A stretch of DNA of 64,000 nt from the human T2T-CHM13v2.0 reference genome, Homo sapiens, in assembly GCA_009914755.4 (NCBI GenBank), contig CP086569.2, forward strand, positions 14,624,001-14,688,000, read 5' to 3'. Under the pieces are notes generated by a model. It had not been told where the DNA came from and made no database searches. It saw only the letters and a list, made by a program, of their open reading frames with translations. Each line of letters begins with the position of its first letter. Position 1 is the stretch's first letter. The position numbers and the translations under genes are program-made. Below are positions 38,940-53,078 of this stretch, one piece after another.

Positions 38940-39690
38940 TAGAAGGAAATTGGGTGGGTACGTGTACCACCAGTCAGGATGTTGTTGGTGGAATGATATT
39001 TTTTAAGCCGTCTTCCATAACACCAGCAACCTTTTCAGTTGTCCTCACCTGTGCAACTGTGGTGCAAAACTGCCTCCAGAAGCCAATAAGTGAGTGAGAA
39101 ATGCCATCCTGGTTCCCTGACAACTGACTGCTTCTGGATCATAACAGAGTGCTGTTTCCACTCTGTCTTCTCTCACTGTTAACATTCTAAGAAGTGGGTT
39201 CATTGAGTTCAAACATCTAGGAATGCAACAATAAAGACTTGAGTTTCTGCTATGGAGCCTTTGCAATCTCACTCTCAGGCCTTCAGTTTTCTTATCTGTA
39301 AAAGAAAATAACATTCCTGACCTCACAGAGTAGTTGGAACAGTCAAATATGTAGTTTATGTGAAACAACTTTGTCAACCCCAAAACTCTGCAAAACACAA
39401 TGCTAAACACCTTCAATCCTGTGGCTCAGAAATTCCAGAAAGCTTCTGAGTCAGACCCCACTGATTCAGAAGTTGTGTCCAACTGTAAGCCAAGAGACGA
39501 ACAGCCTCCTTTTCCCCCTTCTTACTCACTTATTGGCTTCTGGAGGCAGTTTTGCACCACAGTTGCACAGGTGAGGACAACTGAAAATGTTGCTGGTGTT
39601 ATGGAAGAAGGCTTGAAAAATATCAGTCCATCAACAACATCCTGGTGTTATTGATGGACTGGTGCATGTACCCACCCAATTCTTCTTCTA
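38940..39690. repeat. Unclassified inverted-repeat element (~160-bp arms, ~420-bp spacer). Probable DNA-transposon fossil.
   Basis: 38940-39098 (tagaaggaaattgggtgggtacgtgtaccaccagtcaggatgttgttggtgg...ctccagaagccaataagtgagtgag) is the reverse complement of 39521-39690 (cttactcacttattggcttctggaggcagttttgcaccacagttgcacaggtgaggacaactgaaaatgttgctggtgttatggaagaaggc...cccacccaattcttcttcta), at an estimated 93% identity by eye, with one indel of about 11 bp. Confidence 0.6.
39250..39400 (+). mobile_element. MIR-like SINE fragment (weak)
   Basis: ggccttcagttttcttatctgtaaaagaaaataacattcctgacctcacagagtagttggaac resembles the MIR core (cagtttcctcatctgtaaaatggggataataatagtacctacctcatagggttgttgtgagg). Confidence 0.35.
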
Positions 39691-39800
39691 ACCCATAAGA
39701 ATCTGCAAAATACAACCATCTTTCAGGTATCTTAGATTGTGAGACCCCAGCATATGTGAGATGTGCTTCTTGGCTCCACAACAATTAATTTCTTTAAAAA

Positions 39801-40113
39801 GTTTTTTTTTTTATTTTTATTTTTTAGACAAGATCTCCCTTTGTCACTTAGGCTGAAGTGGCATGATTATATCTCACTGTAGCTTTGCACTCATAGGCTC
39901 AAGAAATCCTCTCACCTCAGCCTCCTGACTAAATAGGACTATAGGTATATAAAGTCCATACCTGGCTAATAGTTTTTTCTAAGTTTTTTTTTTTTTCCTA
40001 GAGATGAGATCTTTCTATGTTGATCAGGCTAGTTTCAAACTCCTGGCCTCCAGTGATCCTCTTGCCTCAGCCTCCCAAAGTACTGAGATTACAGGTGTGA
40101 GGCACCGTGACTG
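39801..40113 (-). mobile_element. Old Alu (AluJ-like)
   Basis: T-rich tail, then agacaagatctccctttgtcacttaggctgaagtggcatgatt ... cctcccaaagtactgagattacaggtgtgaggcaccgtgactgg. Confidence 0.75.
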
Positions 40114-41018
40114 GTTAAGATAATTATTTTCTACTGGAGAGGCATTTAATAAAATTGCTGCAAGTTGTTGACATGAAGAAAGAAACTATTTTGAACATGA
40201 ATCGACTTTTAAATCCTTAAATATAGTAATTTAACATGATCAAAGGTATTGATATTTTTCAGATGAAGAAAGTCTTTTTTCCTTTTGTCAATTGTTTTTG
40301 TTTAGGCCCATCCAATTTTCCATGCCTGTAATGAAATGGCAGAGTTTTATCGAGATTCTTGGGTAAATGTTCCAAGAAACTGGAGTCCTGCATATCACAG
40401 GGGATGTTTGCTGTCTGTGAATAATAAGTCACAATGTCTGCCTTCTCAGCTGTGTTGCTGTTGTGTACGGTGGTGGGACATGTGTGGTAATTGTAGCTTA
40501 TATGTATGTGACAGCCATTTCCACAAGCTGAGAGTGCCTGACAGGCTTGCTTCACTGTCTTTTGTTTGGGGTTTGGGTGTGTGTGTGTGCGTTTACATTT
40601 TATAATTTTTTCTGGCATCTCTGCAAAATATAAAGTTAGGCAATGAGGAAATCTTTCAAAAAAAGAATTTTGAAACTTGTCAAGCCTGCTCCTGAGACCA
40701 AGATGGTAAAGATGTGAAGTTTGGGGGTTCTTTAATCCCCAAAGCTGTAAAACCTTTCCACAGGGGAGTCTGAGAAACAATACCCCATCAAAAGGCTTAG
40801 AAAGAATCCAGCAACTAATTGAAAGTCTTAATTCACATTCTGTTTACCCTTTTTTTTTAAATTGTAACTTTTTTATTTCATAGGGTTTTATTGCTCTTCA
40901 GGAAAATAATATTGCGTTAGTGAGCTCAAAAATATATAATTATGTGTTTCATATTAATTACCCTCCTTCTTGTAAAGATAAGGCAGATATGTTATCACTA
41001 CTTAAAAGGTCATATAAT

Positions 41019-41622
<604 letters not shown>

Positions 41623-42115
41623 CTAATGTATGGTGATATTAATTTGTATTTAAGGGGGATGTTTTTTCCTAATTCCAATGAACATGATTTCAATCACCTT
41701 AAGGGAACAATATGTCTTTCTCGTACTTCTATTTATTATCCAATGATCATGGATTACATTTTGACTTTCATAGCTAATTTTTGGTTACATCTGGAGATGT
41801 GGCAATTTCATAAAGTTCAGAAGAGAAGGCAAAACAGAAAGCCTATTTGATGGAATTAGAAACATTAATTTTGCAAAGTAATCCAAGGGATTCTTTTCCC
41901 TTGGATTAGATGGGAATTCATTTCTTATGAAATGTATGAATGTTTTCTCCTCATTTTTGTTCTCAGTTCACAACTTTTTTTTTTCTTAATTCACTATAGG
42001 ATTCTGGTACATTAATAATTCATATGTTTCGTACACACAACATTAATTTTGGTATTCTTTCTTCTCTCCAGTGCAAACAAGGTGTCTATCTAACAATAAA
42101 CCCCATGAGTTACAT

Positions 42116-42336
42116 TCTTTTTATTTTGGAGACAGAGTCTTGCTCTGTTGTCCAGACTGGAGAGTGCAGTGGCACAACCTTGGCTCGCTGTAACCTCTGC
42201 CTCTCACATTCAAGCAGTTCTCATGCCTCAGCCTTATGAGTGGCTGGGATTACAGGTGCGCGCTACTATGCGCATTTCACCTGCCTCCACCTCCTAAAGA
42301 GCTGGGATTATAGGTGTAAGCCACTGTGCCAGGCCC
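42116..42336 (-). mobile_element. Alu SINE (truncated)
   Basis: tttttattttggagacagagtcttgctctgttgtccagactggagagtgcagtggcacaaccttggctcgctgtaacctctgcctc ... ggtgtaagccactgtgccaggccc. Confidence 0.8.
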
Positions 42337-42348
42337 ATGAGTTACATT

Positions 42349-42708
<360 letters not shown>

Positions 42709-43791
42709 TAAAAATAAAAATAAATCTCTCAGGTTAAAAGCAATTTCACCTATTCACTGTGTAACTGTTGAGTTCTTTGAATAGTTCATTCAAAGAAAGT
42801 TTATTTACTCTTGTTTAATTCTGTAATAGGGCATAATTTCAAGAGACAGTCTTATCTAGACTTACACAAATGTCCCAGCCTCTGTCTTTAAATGCCTATG
42901 CTATTGGAAGTAACAAGATTCTTCTGAAATGTGGATGCCTTGTTATACCACGTAGACCAGAAAGTAAGTTGACCAAAACCTGTAAACCAAAAATACAGAG
43001 AGAGATTTTGAACAGGATACACAGCTTATATTGATACCTGTCACCCCATCAGGTAACTCAGGTCCTCAGTGCTGTTATAACAAGCCCAGTATAACAAAGA
43101 GGGTCATTAGCTTGCTTTCCAACTGATAAGACTCATGCAGACTGCAAATTGAAAGATGCTTTACAGTCATAGGAAATAGTGATAATAGAATCATCCCCAC
43201 AACTGGAAGTGTAGGAATACTTTCTGAAAACTCTGCAGACAACTTCTGATGTGGTGCTTAGATTTCCACCTTTTATTCTTCATGGCTGGATACTTACTTT
43301 TGTCTCTGCCTGCTGTGTTTTATTTCTTGCTTGGTGGTCATTTCTCCCCAGTGGACAGAGTTTTGCTCATTGTAGAAGCGTAAGTGTACCTAAAACTAGG
43401 AGCAGAGAACTACGCAGTTGTAAGGAGATGTGATGGCCACCAGACAACAGAGGTTACCCATTCCTGCCATATGAATGACCACATAAAGGCAGAATCACAA
43501 ACCACATCACAGCATTGGCTCCTGTCCCCTAGAGTCAAAACCAATCCTGTAGAAGCCAATCCTGTTGATGCCAATAATGACAAGTTCATACAGAAGTTAT
43601 TGACTCTTTTCAGAGAGAATGAAAAGAAAATGGGAGGCCAGTTGCCAACTGTGGTTCTTTAAATTTCATCTGTGGCAAAAAGGGACAGAGATGTCACCTA
43701 GGGTGGTGTCCACCATCAAAAACAGTCATTGAAGGTGGCTACTTTGTTTCCCATTTCCTTTTCCATGTTTTGGGCTATTAAAGCTATCTGG

Positions 43792-43925
43792 GGCCAGGCG
43801 TGGTAGCTCATGCCTGTACTCCCAGTGCTTTGAGAGGCTGAGGTAGGAAGATCGCCTGAGTCCAGGTGTTCGAGGCTGCATTGAGCTCCAGTGGTACCAC
43901 TGCACTCCAGTTGGTTGACAAGAGT
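43792..43925 (+). mobile_element. FLAM/7SL-like Alu monomer-type element
   Basis: ggccaggcgtggtagctcatgcctgtactcccagtgctttgagaggctgaggtaggaagatcgcctgagtccaggtgttcgaggctgcattgagctccagtggtaccactgcactccagttggttgacaagag. The Alu 5' and 3' portions are present but the middle is missing, resembling 7SL-derived monomers. Confidence 0.55.
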
Positions 43926-44039
43926 TAGGCCATATTCTCAACACAGAAAAGTCATTTCGAACTAGAACTTTGCCTTGAAAATCTAAAATTTGTGTCCCAC
44001 ATATCCTTGATGGATAGTGCCATCATATCTTTTGTTTAA

Positions 44040-44418
44040 TCATTTATTTTTTAAATTTTAATTTTTATTTATTTAATTTATTTATTTATTGAGGTTGGGT
44101 CTCACTCTGTCACCCAGGCTGGAGTGCAGTGGTGGAATAATGGCTCACAGCAGCCTCAAACTCACTGGCTTAAGTGATCCCTCCACCTCAGCCTTCCAAG
44201 TAGCTGGGACTATAGGCATGCACCACCATGCTTGGCTAATTTTTTAACTTTTTGTAGAGACAGGTTCTTACTATATTGCCTAGGTTTGAGTTTTTCTTTT
44301 ATTAAAATAGAGACAGGGCTTTGCTATGTTGCCCAGGGTGGTCTTGAACTTCTGGCCTCAAGAGATCTTCCCATCTGGGGCTTCCAAAAGTGCTGGGATT
44401 ACAGCACTGTGCCCAGTC
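44040..44418 (-). mobile_element. Alu SINE with long (TTTA)n tail and an internal ~40-bp duplication
   Basis: (tttatt)n tail, then gaggttgggtctcactctgtcacccaggctggagtgcagtgg ... gcaccaccatgcttggctaatttttt. The right-arm start is duplicated (gtagagacaggttcttactatattgcctaggtttgag / atagagacagggctttgctatgttgcccagggtggtcttgaact), then ...gtgctgggattacagcactgtgcccagtc. Confidence 0.75.
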
Positions 44419-44793
44419 AGCCCGTCACATCTTTGAGTAGGAATGTATTCTATCTTCTTGCTCTCTTCTGCTCTCTCTTTTTTTTTCCCTTTTCCCTCTC
44501 CCTCTCTTTCTATTTTGACATTTGGCTCTACCATTTTGAAAGCAGTACAGCCAAACCTAGTAGTGGTCATCATTCCAGAAATGGCCTGCATCTGGGAAAT
44601 ACTTTTTTTCCCCATTGGGCCAGAATTTAAAAGAAAGTAGAGAACATCTTTTAGTTGTTTTTGTTGTTTCCACATTTTTATGTCCAGAGTAATGAGCTAA
44701 TGTCCTCACAACTGCAAAGATATTTTCTAAAAAATCTGGGTAGAATATATTCTCTGCTTAAGTATCACAATCAACATTAGAAAAATATTTAGA

Positions 44794-45088
44794 GGCCGGG
44801 TGTGGTGAATTAAGCCTGTAATCCCAGCACTCTGGGAGGCTGGGGCTGGCGGATCACGAGGTCAGGAGATCGAGACCGTCCTGGCCAACTGGCAAAACCC
44901 TGTCTAAAAAAATTAGCCGGGTTTGGTGGTGTGCACCTGCAGTCCCAGCTAATTGGGAATGGCTTGCTGAGGCAGGGGAATGGCTTGAACCCGGGAGGCA
45001 GAGGTTGCGGTGAGCAGAGGTTATCCCACTGCACTCTAGCTTGGTGACACAGAGAGATCGCGTCTCAAAAAAAAAAAAAAAGAAAAAA
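44794..45088 (+). mobile_element. Alu SINE with 15-bp TSD
   Basis: ggccgggtgtggtgaattaagcctgtaatcccagcactctgggaggctggggctggcggatcacgaggtcaggagatcgagaccgtcctggccaac ... poly-A. The repeat gaaaaatatttagag flanks both ends. Confidence 0.85.
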
Positions 45089-46659
45089 TATTTAGAGGTG
45101 AAACCATGTTAGACTAGTTGGCCATCAGTATTTTCATTTTTCTATTATCTAGGACCCATAGATTTTTGTAATATTTTAAACCTATTTTTAATAGGGCAAG
45201 ATTTGCCTACTCTAGTTCCATTTATTACTCTACAATGTTGAAAAAATGATGGAGGTTCATTTTTTACATAACCACATGAAATTAGAGCTGGACTTCAATT
45301 TCCATATATTTTTCTGTGTGTATATTATACATGTGTGTCTAGTTTAGGGGTTTGTTAAACTTGGCACTTTGAACGTTTTGGAGCAGATTCTTCTTTTTTG
45401 AGTGGAGGGGCTGTCCTGTGCATTTCAATGGTTCTGCCCGGCCTCTCCCAACTCAATGCTGGTACCATCCTTCCCACCCCTAGTCATGAGATAACTGTTG
45501 TCTCCAAACATCACAATGTGTTCTAGGGGCACAGTCACCTTTGTTGAAAACCACTGCTCTAGTCCTGTCTCTTTCTACTGAATATCTCTCTGGATCTATG
45601 TAATGTGTGTCTGCTTCAATATCTGTATTGGGATCTCCATATCTATGTCTGTGTCACCTTCCATCTCTGTCTCTGGGTCTGTATTTCTGTGTCTATCTCT
45701 ATTTATGTATATGTTTTGCTTGCACTCTATGGCAGATATTCTGGCAGGCATGACATGGTTTAGCTTCTGGTTCTCAGGAAACGTTAAGGATCTGTGCTGT
45801 GTCAGACTCTGCTAAGTGCTGGAGTTGGCAGATGACCAGGCATGCACCTCCATTCCTGAGGGATTTTAGCTGGTGTTGGGCTTCTGGGGTGCACAGACAA
45901 GGGAGGCATCAGGTGGCACTAGCTCAGAGATGGGAAGCCATGAGAGGTGATGGTGGGGTAATCCAGAGCACAGTGTGTATCTAGAGCGCTGGTGCCTTAC
46001 TCTGATTCTGTCCCTTTCTACACTTAGATCTCTGCTGTATGTAACTCTGGAATTAAAACTGATGCTATGAACTCTCTTGCTTATGGGGAGATATGGACAT
46101 CCTCATTCATACTCAGAGGAGAAGGTTGCCCTGAGATCACCACAAAAGGACAGGGTTAGCCTGACAAGTTTTCATCTTCTGAATAAATGAGACCTTTTAG
46201 AGTTCTGTTAAGTTTCTCTCTCTTAAACAGAAACCTCACTTTCCTTGTGTCTTTAGCAACCCTGATTGTGAAGGTGTGTTGTGGCATGTGAGCATGATTG
46301 TATAAGTAGATGGATGGTTTTACCTGTGAGCAGAGTTGTGCAAACTTAGTTATGCTGCATCTTCTTCTTTAAATTCACATTATCCTTATTTCTGTTGGTG
46401 AGCTGGTCCTAAGGTATCCTGTTTTGGGGACTTCTTTGCAAGTAAACTTCTTTTCCTTTCTGAAGACTGTTTCTCTGCCCTCTCTCTCAGACCTTTGCCT
46501 ACATTTTGATGGTGGTGCTGCTTCAAAGAGTTTTCTGGGATGCCATGCAATTTACTCAGAACAGAGCCTCTTATTTGGCTCTACAGACATGCTGGCTGTC
46601 ATCAGGTTGAGTGAGGCCCAGAGGGTGTGCCTGGTGGTCACGATCCTGGGATTCAAATA

Positions 46660-46790
46660 TAGTGTGGTACATGCCTGTAGCCCCAGCCGCTTGAGAGGTT
46701 GAGGAGGGATGATCACAGCCCAGGAGTTCTCATCTAGCCTGGGCAACATGGTGAGACCCACATTGCTACAAAAGATAAAATAAAATGAAC
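46660..46790 (+). mobile_element. Alu right-monomer fragment (FRAM-like)
   Basis: gtgtggtacatgcctgtagccccagccgcttgagaggttgaggagggatgatcacagcccaggagttctcatctagcctgggcaacatggtgagacc. Confidence 0.6.
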
Positions 46791-46987
46791 AGTGTGTAAC
46801 CCTAGATCCCCAGAGCCCTACAGTCTGGTCTGAGAGACCCCTCCACCTCCAAAAAAAGAGATTTAAAAACTTAAACTTTTAATTTAATAGACTTATTCCA
46901 GTTTGTTTTGAAGTATCTAGTTCAGTAGAGCATGACATGTAGATCTCTCATGTGTGCTTTTGTTAGTTACTTACAGATTTCCTATTC

Positions 46988-47298
46988 TGGGTGGCCGTGG
47001 TGGCTCAAGCCTGTCATCCCAGTGCTTTGGGAGACTGAGATGGGAGGATCACTTGAGGTTGAAAGTTTGAGATCAGCCTGCATATCAAAGTGAGAGCCCA
47101 TATCTACAAAAAAAAAAAAAAAAAAAAAATAGGCATGGTGTTGCATGCCTCCTCTAATCCTTGCTACTTGGGAGGCTGAGGCGGAAGGATTGCTTGAGCC
47201 CAGAAGGTTGAGGCTACAGTGAGCTATGATTATGATTCAGCCTCTGAACTCCAGCTGAGGTGACAGAGAGATCTTGTCTCCTTAAAAAAAAAAAAAAA
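46988..47298 (+). mobile_element. Old Alu (AluJ-like), full-length
   Basis: gggtggccgtggtggctcaagcctgtcatcccagtgctttgggagactgagatgggaggatcacttgagg ... A22 linker ... gcatggtgttgcatgcctcctctaatccttgctacttgggaggctgaggcgg ... cttaaaaaaaaaaaaaaag. Confidence 0.8.
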
Positions 47299-49033
47299 GA
47301 TTTCTTATTTCCATATGATGCATATGATAAGATCAAGTAGAATTTTAAATTGAAATTTGAAATCCTGGATAAATATTGTGTAAGGTTAAAGAAAAAAGTA
47401 ATTTAATTTCAGAGAATGTGTTCTATTGGGAAAACATACCTGACTTTTCAGACATGCTTCTAATTCTGCAATGAACCCATTTTTCTTGGGATGAATTTTA
47501 TTTTTTTGCAAATTAAACTTTTTTTCTTGGGGTTATTGCTCTTTTGATTTGTATTACATTTAATCCTTGTGCTTCCCTACTGAACATTTTTCTCAAGTGG
47601 TTTTTCTCAAGTGGTCCTTCATTAAAACATGTGGTCTTTTGAAGTTTATATTAAAATAACCCAGAATCATGATGAATGGTTTAGAATGTAAATCAGGGCA
47701 TAATAGACAAGAGGTGCTCTAGTTTAATGAATTATTCTGCACTCTTTAATGAATAATAAATTAGCATAATGAAAAAGTGTTTATCACAAGAAAACAGTGG
47801 GACAAAAATCTGACACTTAGTAAAGTCAATTAGAAGGGGAAAAACACATACTTTTAGTCATGTTTTTACCCACTTGGACATTCCCTACTACAAATGAAGC
47901 TCAACTAAGTCCTACATCTCCTAGTTTACAAGTGTATAGCAAGGTGGATGTTTTGCTTTACCATGAAAACAACAACTTCTAGGAATTACCAGGGATATTC
48001 CAAAATGTGTTGTTAAAATGTTCAGTAGGGAAGCACATGGAAATGACAGTTTTTATCTCTGGTGCCTAGTAAGTTTTTTTCCAATTAGTTTTTTTAAATG
48101 GTAATAGTGATAATAACAATAGTTCTCAACTCATGTTATCCAGTACTCTTAATATGTGTAAGTAGTTGATAACATTAATCCTTAGCTTTTGCTTGTCAAC
48201 ATGCCAGATACCAGACAGTTATGCACCTTGTGGGAATAACTAAATATACATAACATATTGCAGCTGTCAAGCCTTGCAGCTGTCAGGCCTCTATTTTGAA
48301 AAATAATTGGGTGATGGAGAGGGCCTTTAAAGTCTGCTTTGCACTCTTTTGCTAAAGTCTACTTTTGCCTCACTGTCATCCCCAGCAAGAAATTACATGT
48401 TTCTACAGTTGCTCTATATGAAAATGGCCAGACACTGAGATGAGGCCAGGACAGCAGAGGCCAGCAAGGTCTAGACCAGCCAAATGTTGTTACCTTGAGT
48501 GTCAGTCTTGCAGAAAAAGAAACCAGCCCATGCAAAGATCAACTTAGTACTTTACAGAGAGGATTGTTCTTTTTTAGTGACTAGAATCCTGTAAGAGACT
48601 TGTAAGAGCTGAATGATGGTCTCAGTCATTTACTAGGGATGCTTAGAGGACAGACAACAAAGGGAGTCATTTGGAGTGTATTTCACGAAGTCACGTGAAG
48701 CAAAGGAAGACACATTATCTGAAGGTTAGAGTAAGCATCTCAGGCTTGCGTGGGGATCAGCCATATTTGGACAACTTGTAAAACAGCTCACTGCTCTCCA
48801 GCCCAGGAGTTTTGATTCTACTAGTGTAAGGTGTATCACCAGAATTTGCAAAAGCTTCTAGGTGAGGCTGATGTCACTGGTTCCAGTACCACACTTTGAA
48901 AGCCACTGTTTCAGTTAGTCATGATGTCAGGCTTCTCTCTGGTGCCTTTCTCTGCTTGATAAGAGGTGCCAAGTTCTAGCTTTGGAATTGTCCATTCTCC
49001 ATCCCCCAGCTTGGACATTCTTCGAGCAGTCTT

Positions 49034-49069
49034 TGTGTGTGCGTGCATGTGTGTGTGCGTGTGTGTGTT
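49034..49069. repeat. (GT)n/(TG)n microsatellite
   Basis: tgtgtgtgcgtgcatgtgtgtgtgcgtgtgtgtgtt, adjacent to the tail of the next Alu. Confidence 0.85.
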
Positions 49070-49370
49070 AGAGAGAGAGATAGAGTCTCACTCTGTCGCC
49101 CAGGCTGGAGTGCAGTGGTGCAATCTCACCTCACTGCAACCTCTGCTGCCTGAGTTCATGCCATTCTCCTGACTCAGCCTCCTGAGTAAATGGGACTACA
49201 GGCACCTGCCACTACGCCTGGCCAATTTTTTTTGTAATTTTTTGTATTTTTAGTAGAGACAGAGTTTCACCCTGTTAGCCAGGATGATCTTGATCTCCTG
49301 ACCTCGTGATGCACCCTCCTCGGCCTCCCAAAGTGCTGGGATTACAGGTGTGAACCACCACTTCCAGCCC
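49070..49370 (-). mobile_element. Alu SINE
   Basis: gagagagagatagagtctcactctgtcgcccaggctggagtgcagtggtgcaatctcacctcactgcaacctc ... ggtgtgaaccaccacttccagccc. Confidence 0.85.
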
Positions 49371-52300
49371 AAGCAGCCCTTTTTGATTCAGGTTACATAC
49401 AGTTGATTAAGTGTGACCTTACTAAGTAGAAGTCAGTGGTGGTGTCATCAGCAGAAACATCATTGTAGGCTTGCTTACAATCAGTAGGCTCATTTGTCGA
49501 ATGAGAGGGCTAGAGTTACTGTCTGGCTGCCATCTTTTGAAACATGAGTTTTGATTCCAACTTGTTGATGGATGAAAAAGCCTTTATCAATTCTTCTGAA
49601 CATAAGTGTTCAGGGAATATAGGTTTAGGATGAAGAACCCTTCTCCTGGGAGAGAATGGGTCATTAGTAATCAAGGTCTAGGTATGAAGCAAAGGTCAGC
49701 AGCATAAAGCTGAGGGTCTCAGCAAAGGGTGCAACATTTTTAAGAGTAGACTGTTTACACCTAGAGAGAATTGTGTGCTTGGCCAAATTACCTCATCATG
49801 ACTGTGTGGTTTTTCCATGCTTATTCAAACAATTGCTTTTAACCAAAACCAGACTACATGAGTCTAAACAGTTTACATTATGTATAACAAATACCTCCTT
49901 AGGATGCACCCACATGCTATAAGATTGAAGTACTTTATGAAAGCAAAAAACATTGTCAGTGAGATGGACATATGGGTTGCTACAAAACACCAAGTTCTCA
50001 CATTTGGTGGGAGGTGGCAAGGAGGCCAAAGTGAAAAAATAAACAGTTAGTGACTTGAAGCAATCTGGAAAAAAACAAACATGAACATATTAAGGCAGAG
50101 GTTCTTAATTGGGTTGCAGGTTGAAGCGTGGTTGAAACGACATAGTATTTGTCCTGTGGCTTTAATTTATTTTAGCCACTTTTCTGGATTAATAGTGTAC
50201 CCCTAAATCCATACATTGATGTCCTTACCCCTAGTACCTCAGAAAGTGGCCTTAATTGGACATACGGTCATTGAAAATGTGATTAGTTAAGATGAGTCAT
50301 TCTGTAGGAGGGTGGGCCCCTAATCCAATATGACAGGTGTCCTTATAGAAAGAGGAAATTTTAACACAGACATCCAGAGAAGTGAGGACATGGATGTGAA
50401 GGTTGGAATGCTGCCACAAGGCAAAGAACTAGCAGAAGCTCAAAGAAAATCATGCAGCAGATCTTCCCCTAGGGCCTTTCAGAGAGAGCATGGTCTTGTG
50501 ATACTTTTGTATCGTAATTCAGAGAAATTTATTGTCTCCAGAACTGAGAGACAATAAGTTTTTGCTGTTTCAGCCCCCTGGATTGTGGTACTTTGTCATG
50601 GCAGCCATAGGAAACTGAAACTGAAGTTTAAATTATACTAAAAATAGCATTTGACAGTATTGGATTTTCATTTTCTCCAGTGGGGTTTTGATATGTGAAT
50701 CTAATTTAGTGTAACCCTGTATTAAACAACTGTATGCATTCTATGCTTTACATGGATATTATGCCTTTGCAAATACTTGAAACAACCGTATGTTGTAGAA
50801 ATTAATTAGGCTGCTCTTATTTATAAGAAACTGGAAACCATTTTATTTATCGTTGCATCAAAACTTACTGCAAAATTTTAGAATTCTGACTTCTCCATGG
50901 CTAATCCCATGATTAATTGGGATTAATCAACCTCTAGGTGGACTCCAGATCTCTCTGAGACCTTCTTCTACGTTATTGAAAGTCACTCCTTGTGTTCAAA
51001 ACATTCACATCAATGAACTTGGCATCTTGACAGTTAGACTACAGCCTTGACCTTAGATGGTCTTCTTCATAGACATCTCTGTGATTATCTTGTAAAGACT
51101 TTATTCTACTCATTTGAGAAAAGAAGATATTAATTTTTCTGAGAGCTTACCACCATGATGGATGAGTAGGAGCCTGGCATGTGAAATAAAACCTTTGACT
51201 TTAAGTAAGGTGTACTTACTATTGAAATATTATTTTGTTTGAACCAGTAATATTCTGTACATTTTTAGACTTCCTGAGCCCTAATTGACTCATCTACAAA
51301 GGGTGACTGCTGAATTTGAATTGCTATTAACTTGCAATTCTCAGGATATAGAATTTTCCTCTGACTCTTGTCTTGCCACTATTGCAGATGGCTTTCATAT
51401 GTTATTCAAATACATGACCACTAAGTTGATGATCCCAGAGAGCTTCAGGTATGTTAATTTTGAGGTTTAGTGCCATTTTTGAACACTTAGATTTCTCCTC
51501 CAACCTCATTCTTTACTTTCGTTTCTCCCCATACATTAGTGGGAATTCTAAATTCCCCACTACATGGTCATTTCCATGATGTGGTTTGTGTCATCAACTT
51601 GGTCCTGCCCTTGAGTATTATGGAATTTAGCAATGTATGTGTGATCTTCCTTCTTCACACTCAGGCAGGATGGTCCCTGTGTTGTGTTTTTCTCTTCTGG
51701 TTTTGATATTTTCCTTTGGCATGGTAAATGTGTTGGAGAGAGTTGATAGAGGAATTAGTTAATTAGAGAATAATATACCAGCAGGCAGAAAATCTGAAAG
51801 TTGATCACATGCACCTCCTTACACCTTTACTCTTGAATGGCTTTGAGAGATTTCACTAGGAATTCAGAATGGAAAAGTCAGTGTGGCCAGGTAGCATGTT
51901 ACAGGGACACTGTAGCCTCTTTCTCTTGGAAAGTTCTTAGTATTGAGACAATGACTTGTCATTAATGAGTTACATTTGTCTGGTTTTCAGCAAGAAGATG
52001 GATTGAATGGCCCTCAAAGACCTTCTCTGAGTTGTAATAATACGGTATCATCTGAGTCAGAATGCTACCGTTTACAAACATTTTGAGTGGGTATTTGGAA
52101 TCACGTGTTGGGTCCCTTTTCTTATCCTGGTTTTGTTTAGAGAGCAGTCTTTGTGAGATTCAAATAGATCTTACACCTTGCCAGAGACTGAAATGCCCAT
52201 TGATGAAAATACTTTGCACAGAAGGACTGCTGCTGAGGTGGAAGTTCTCAGAGAGCTCTGGAATCCTATTTGGCTCATGTGATTAACTGTAAAGTCAGAA

Positions 52301-52534
52301 TTTCAAAAGCCCTCAATAAATATATAACACAAACAATGGTTTTCAATCATTTGTGCATAAGAGCAGCCATTAGGTACTACCTTTCCTAAGGTGAGTAAGG
52401 TTAAATCCTGAAGTAGCTAAGAAACGTTGCAAGTCATGGTTTTAACTGTCTGTGCAACTTCAGTTTCTGCTAAGATTTTTCTTGATGAATTTTCAGTTAT
52501 ATTTATTTATAAAAAATCCTATATTAAGAATCCA

Positions 52535-52846
<312 letters not shown>

Positions 52847-53009
52847 GAATCCAACAGCTACAACAGTTAAGGAAATAAAAGAACTAAGACTACAAAACTC
52901 TTCTAGTCATTACGTATCACCTAAAGTACACTATAGCCAGTTGTAAATTTCCATCATGTCATAGTCTTTGCAGATAACCATGGTGAAGAATGTCCCTGGA
53001 GGTGAAGGT

Positions 53010-53078
53010 GGCAAGTAAGCTGTAATCTCACCACTGCACTCCAGCCTCGGCGACAGAGTGAGACCCTGTCTAAAAAAA
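53010..53078 (+). mobile_element. Alu 3'-end fragment
   Basis: gcaagtaagctgtaatctcaccactgcactccagcctcggcgacagagtgagaccctgtctaaaaaaa. Confidence 0.6.

Noticed and set aside
39045-39654. ORFs 39045-39416 (-) and 39400-39654 (+) across the second inverted repeat
   Set aside because: They span repeat arms and a MIR-like spacer, with no homology. Probably spurious.
40259-40780. 173-aa minus-strand ORF (MFLRLPCGKVLQLWGLKNPQTSH...) in unique sequence
   Set aside because: No recognisable domain, no splice or CpG context, and average composition. A chance ORF of this size is plausible in 64 kb. Not callable as a gene without homology or expression data.
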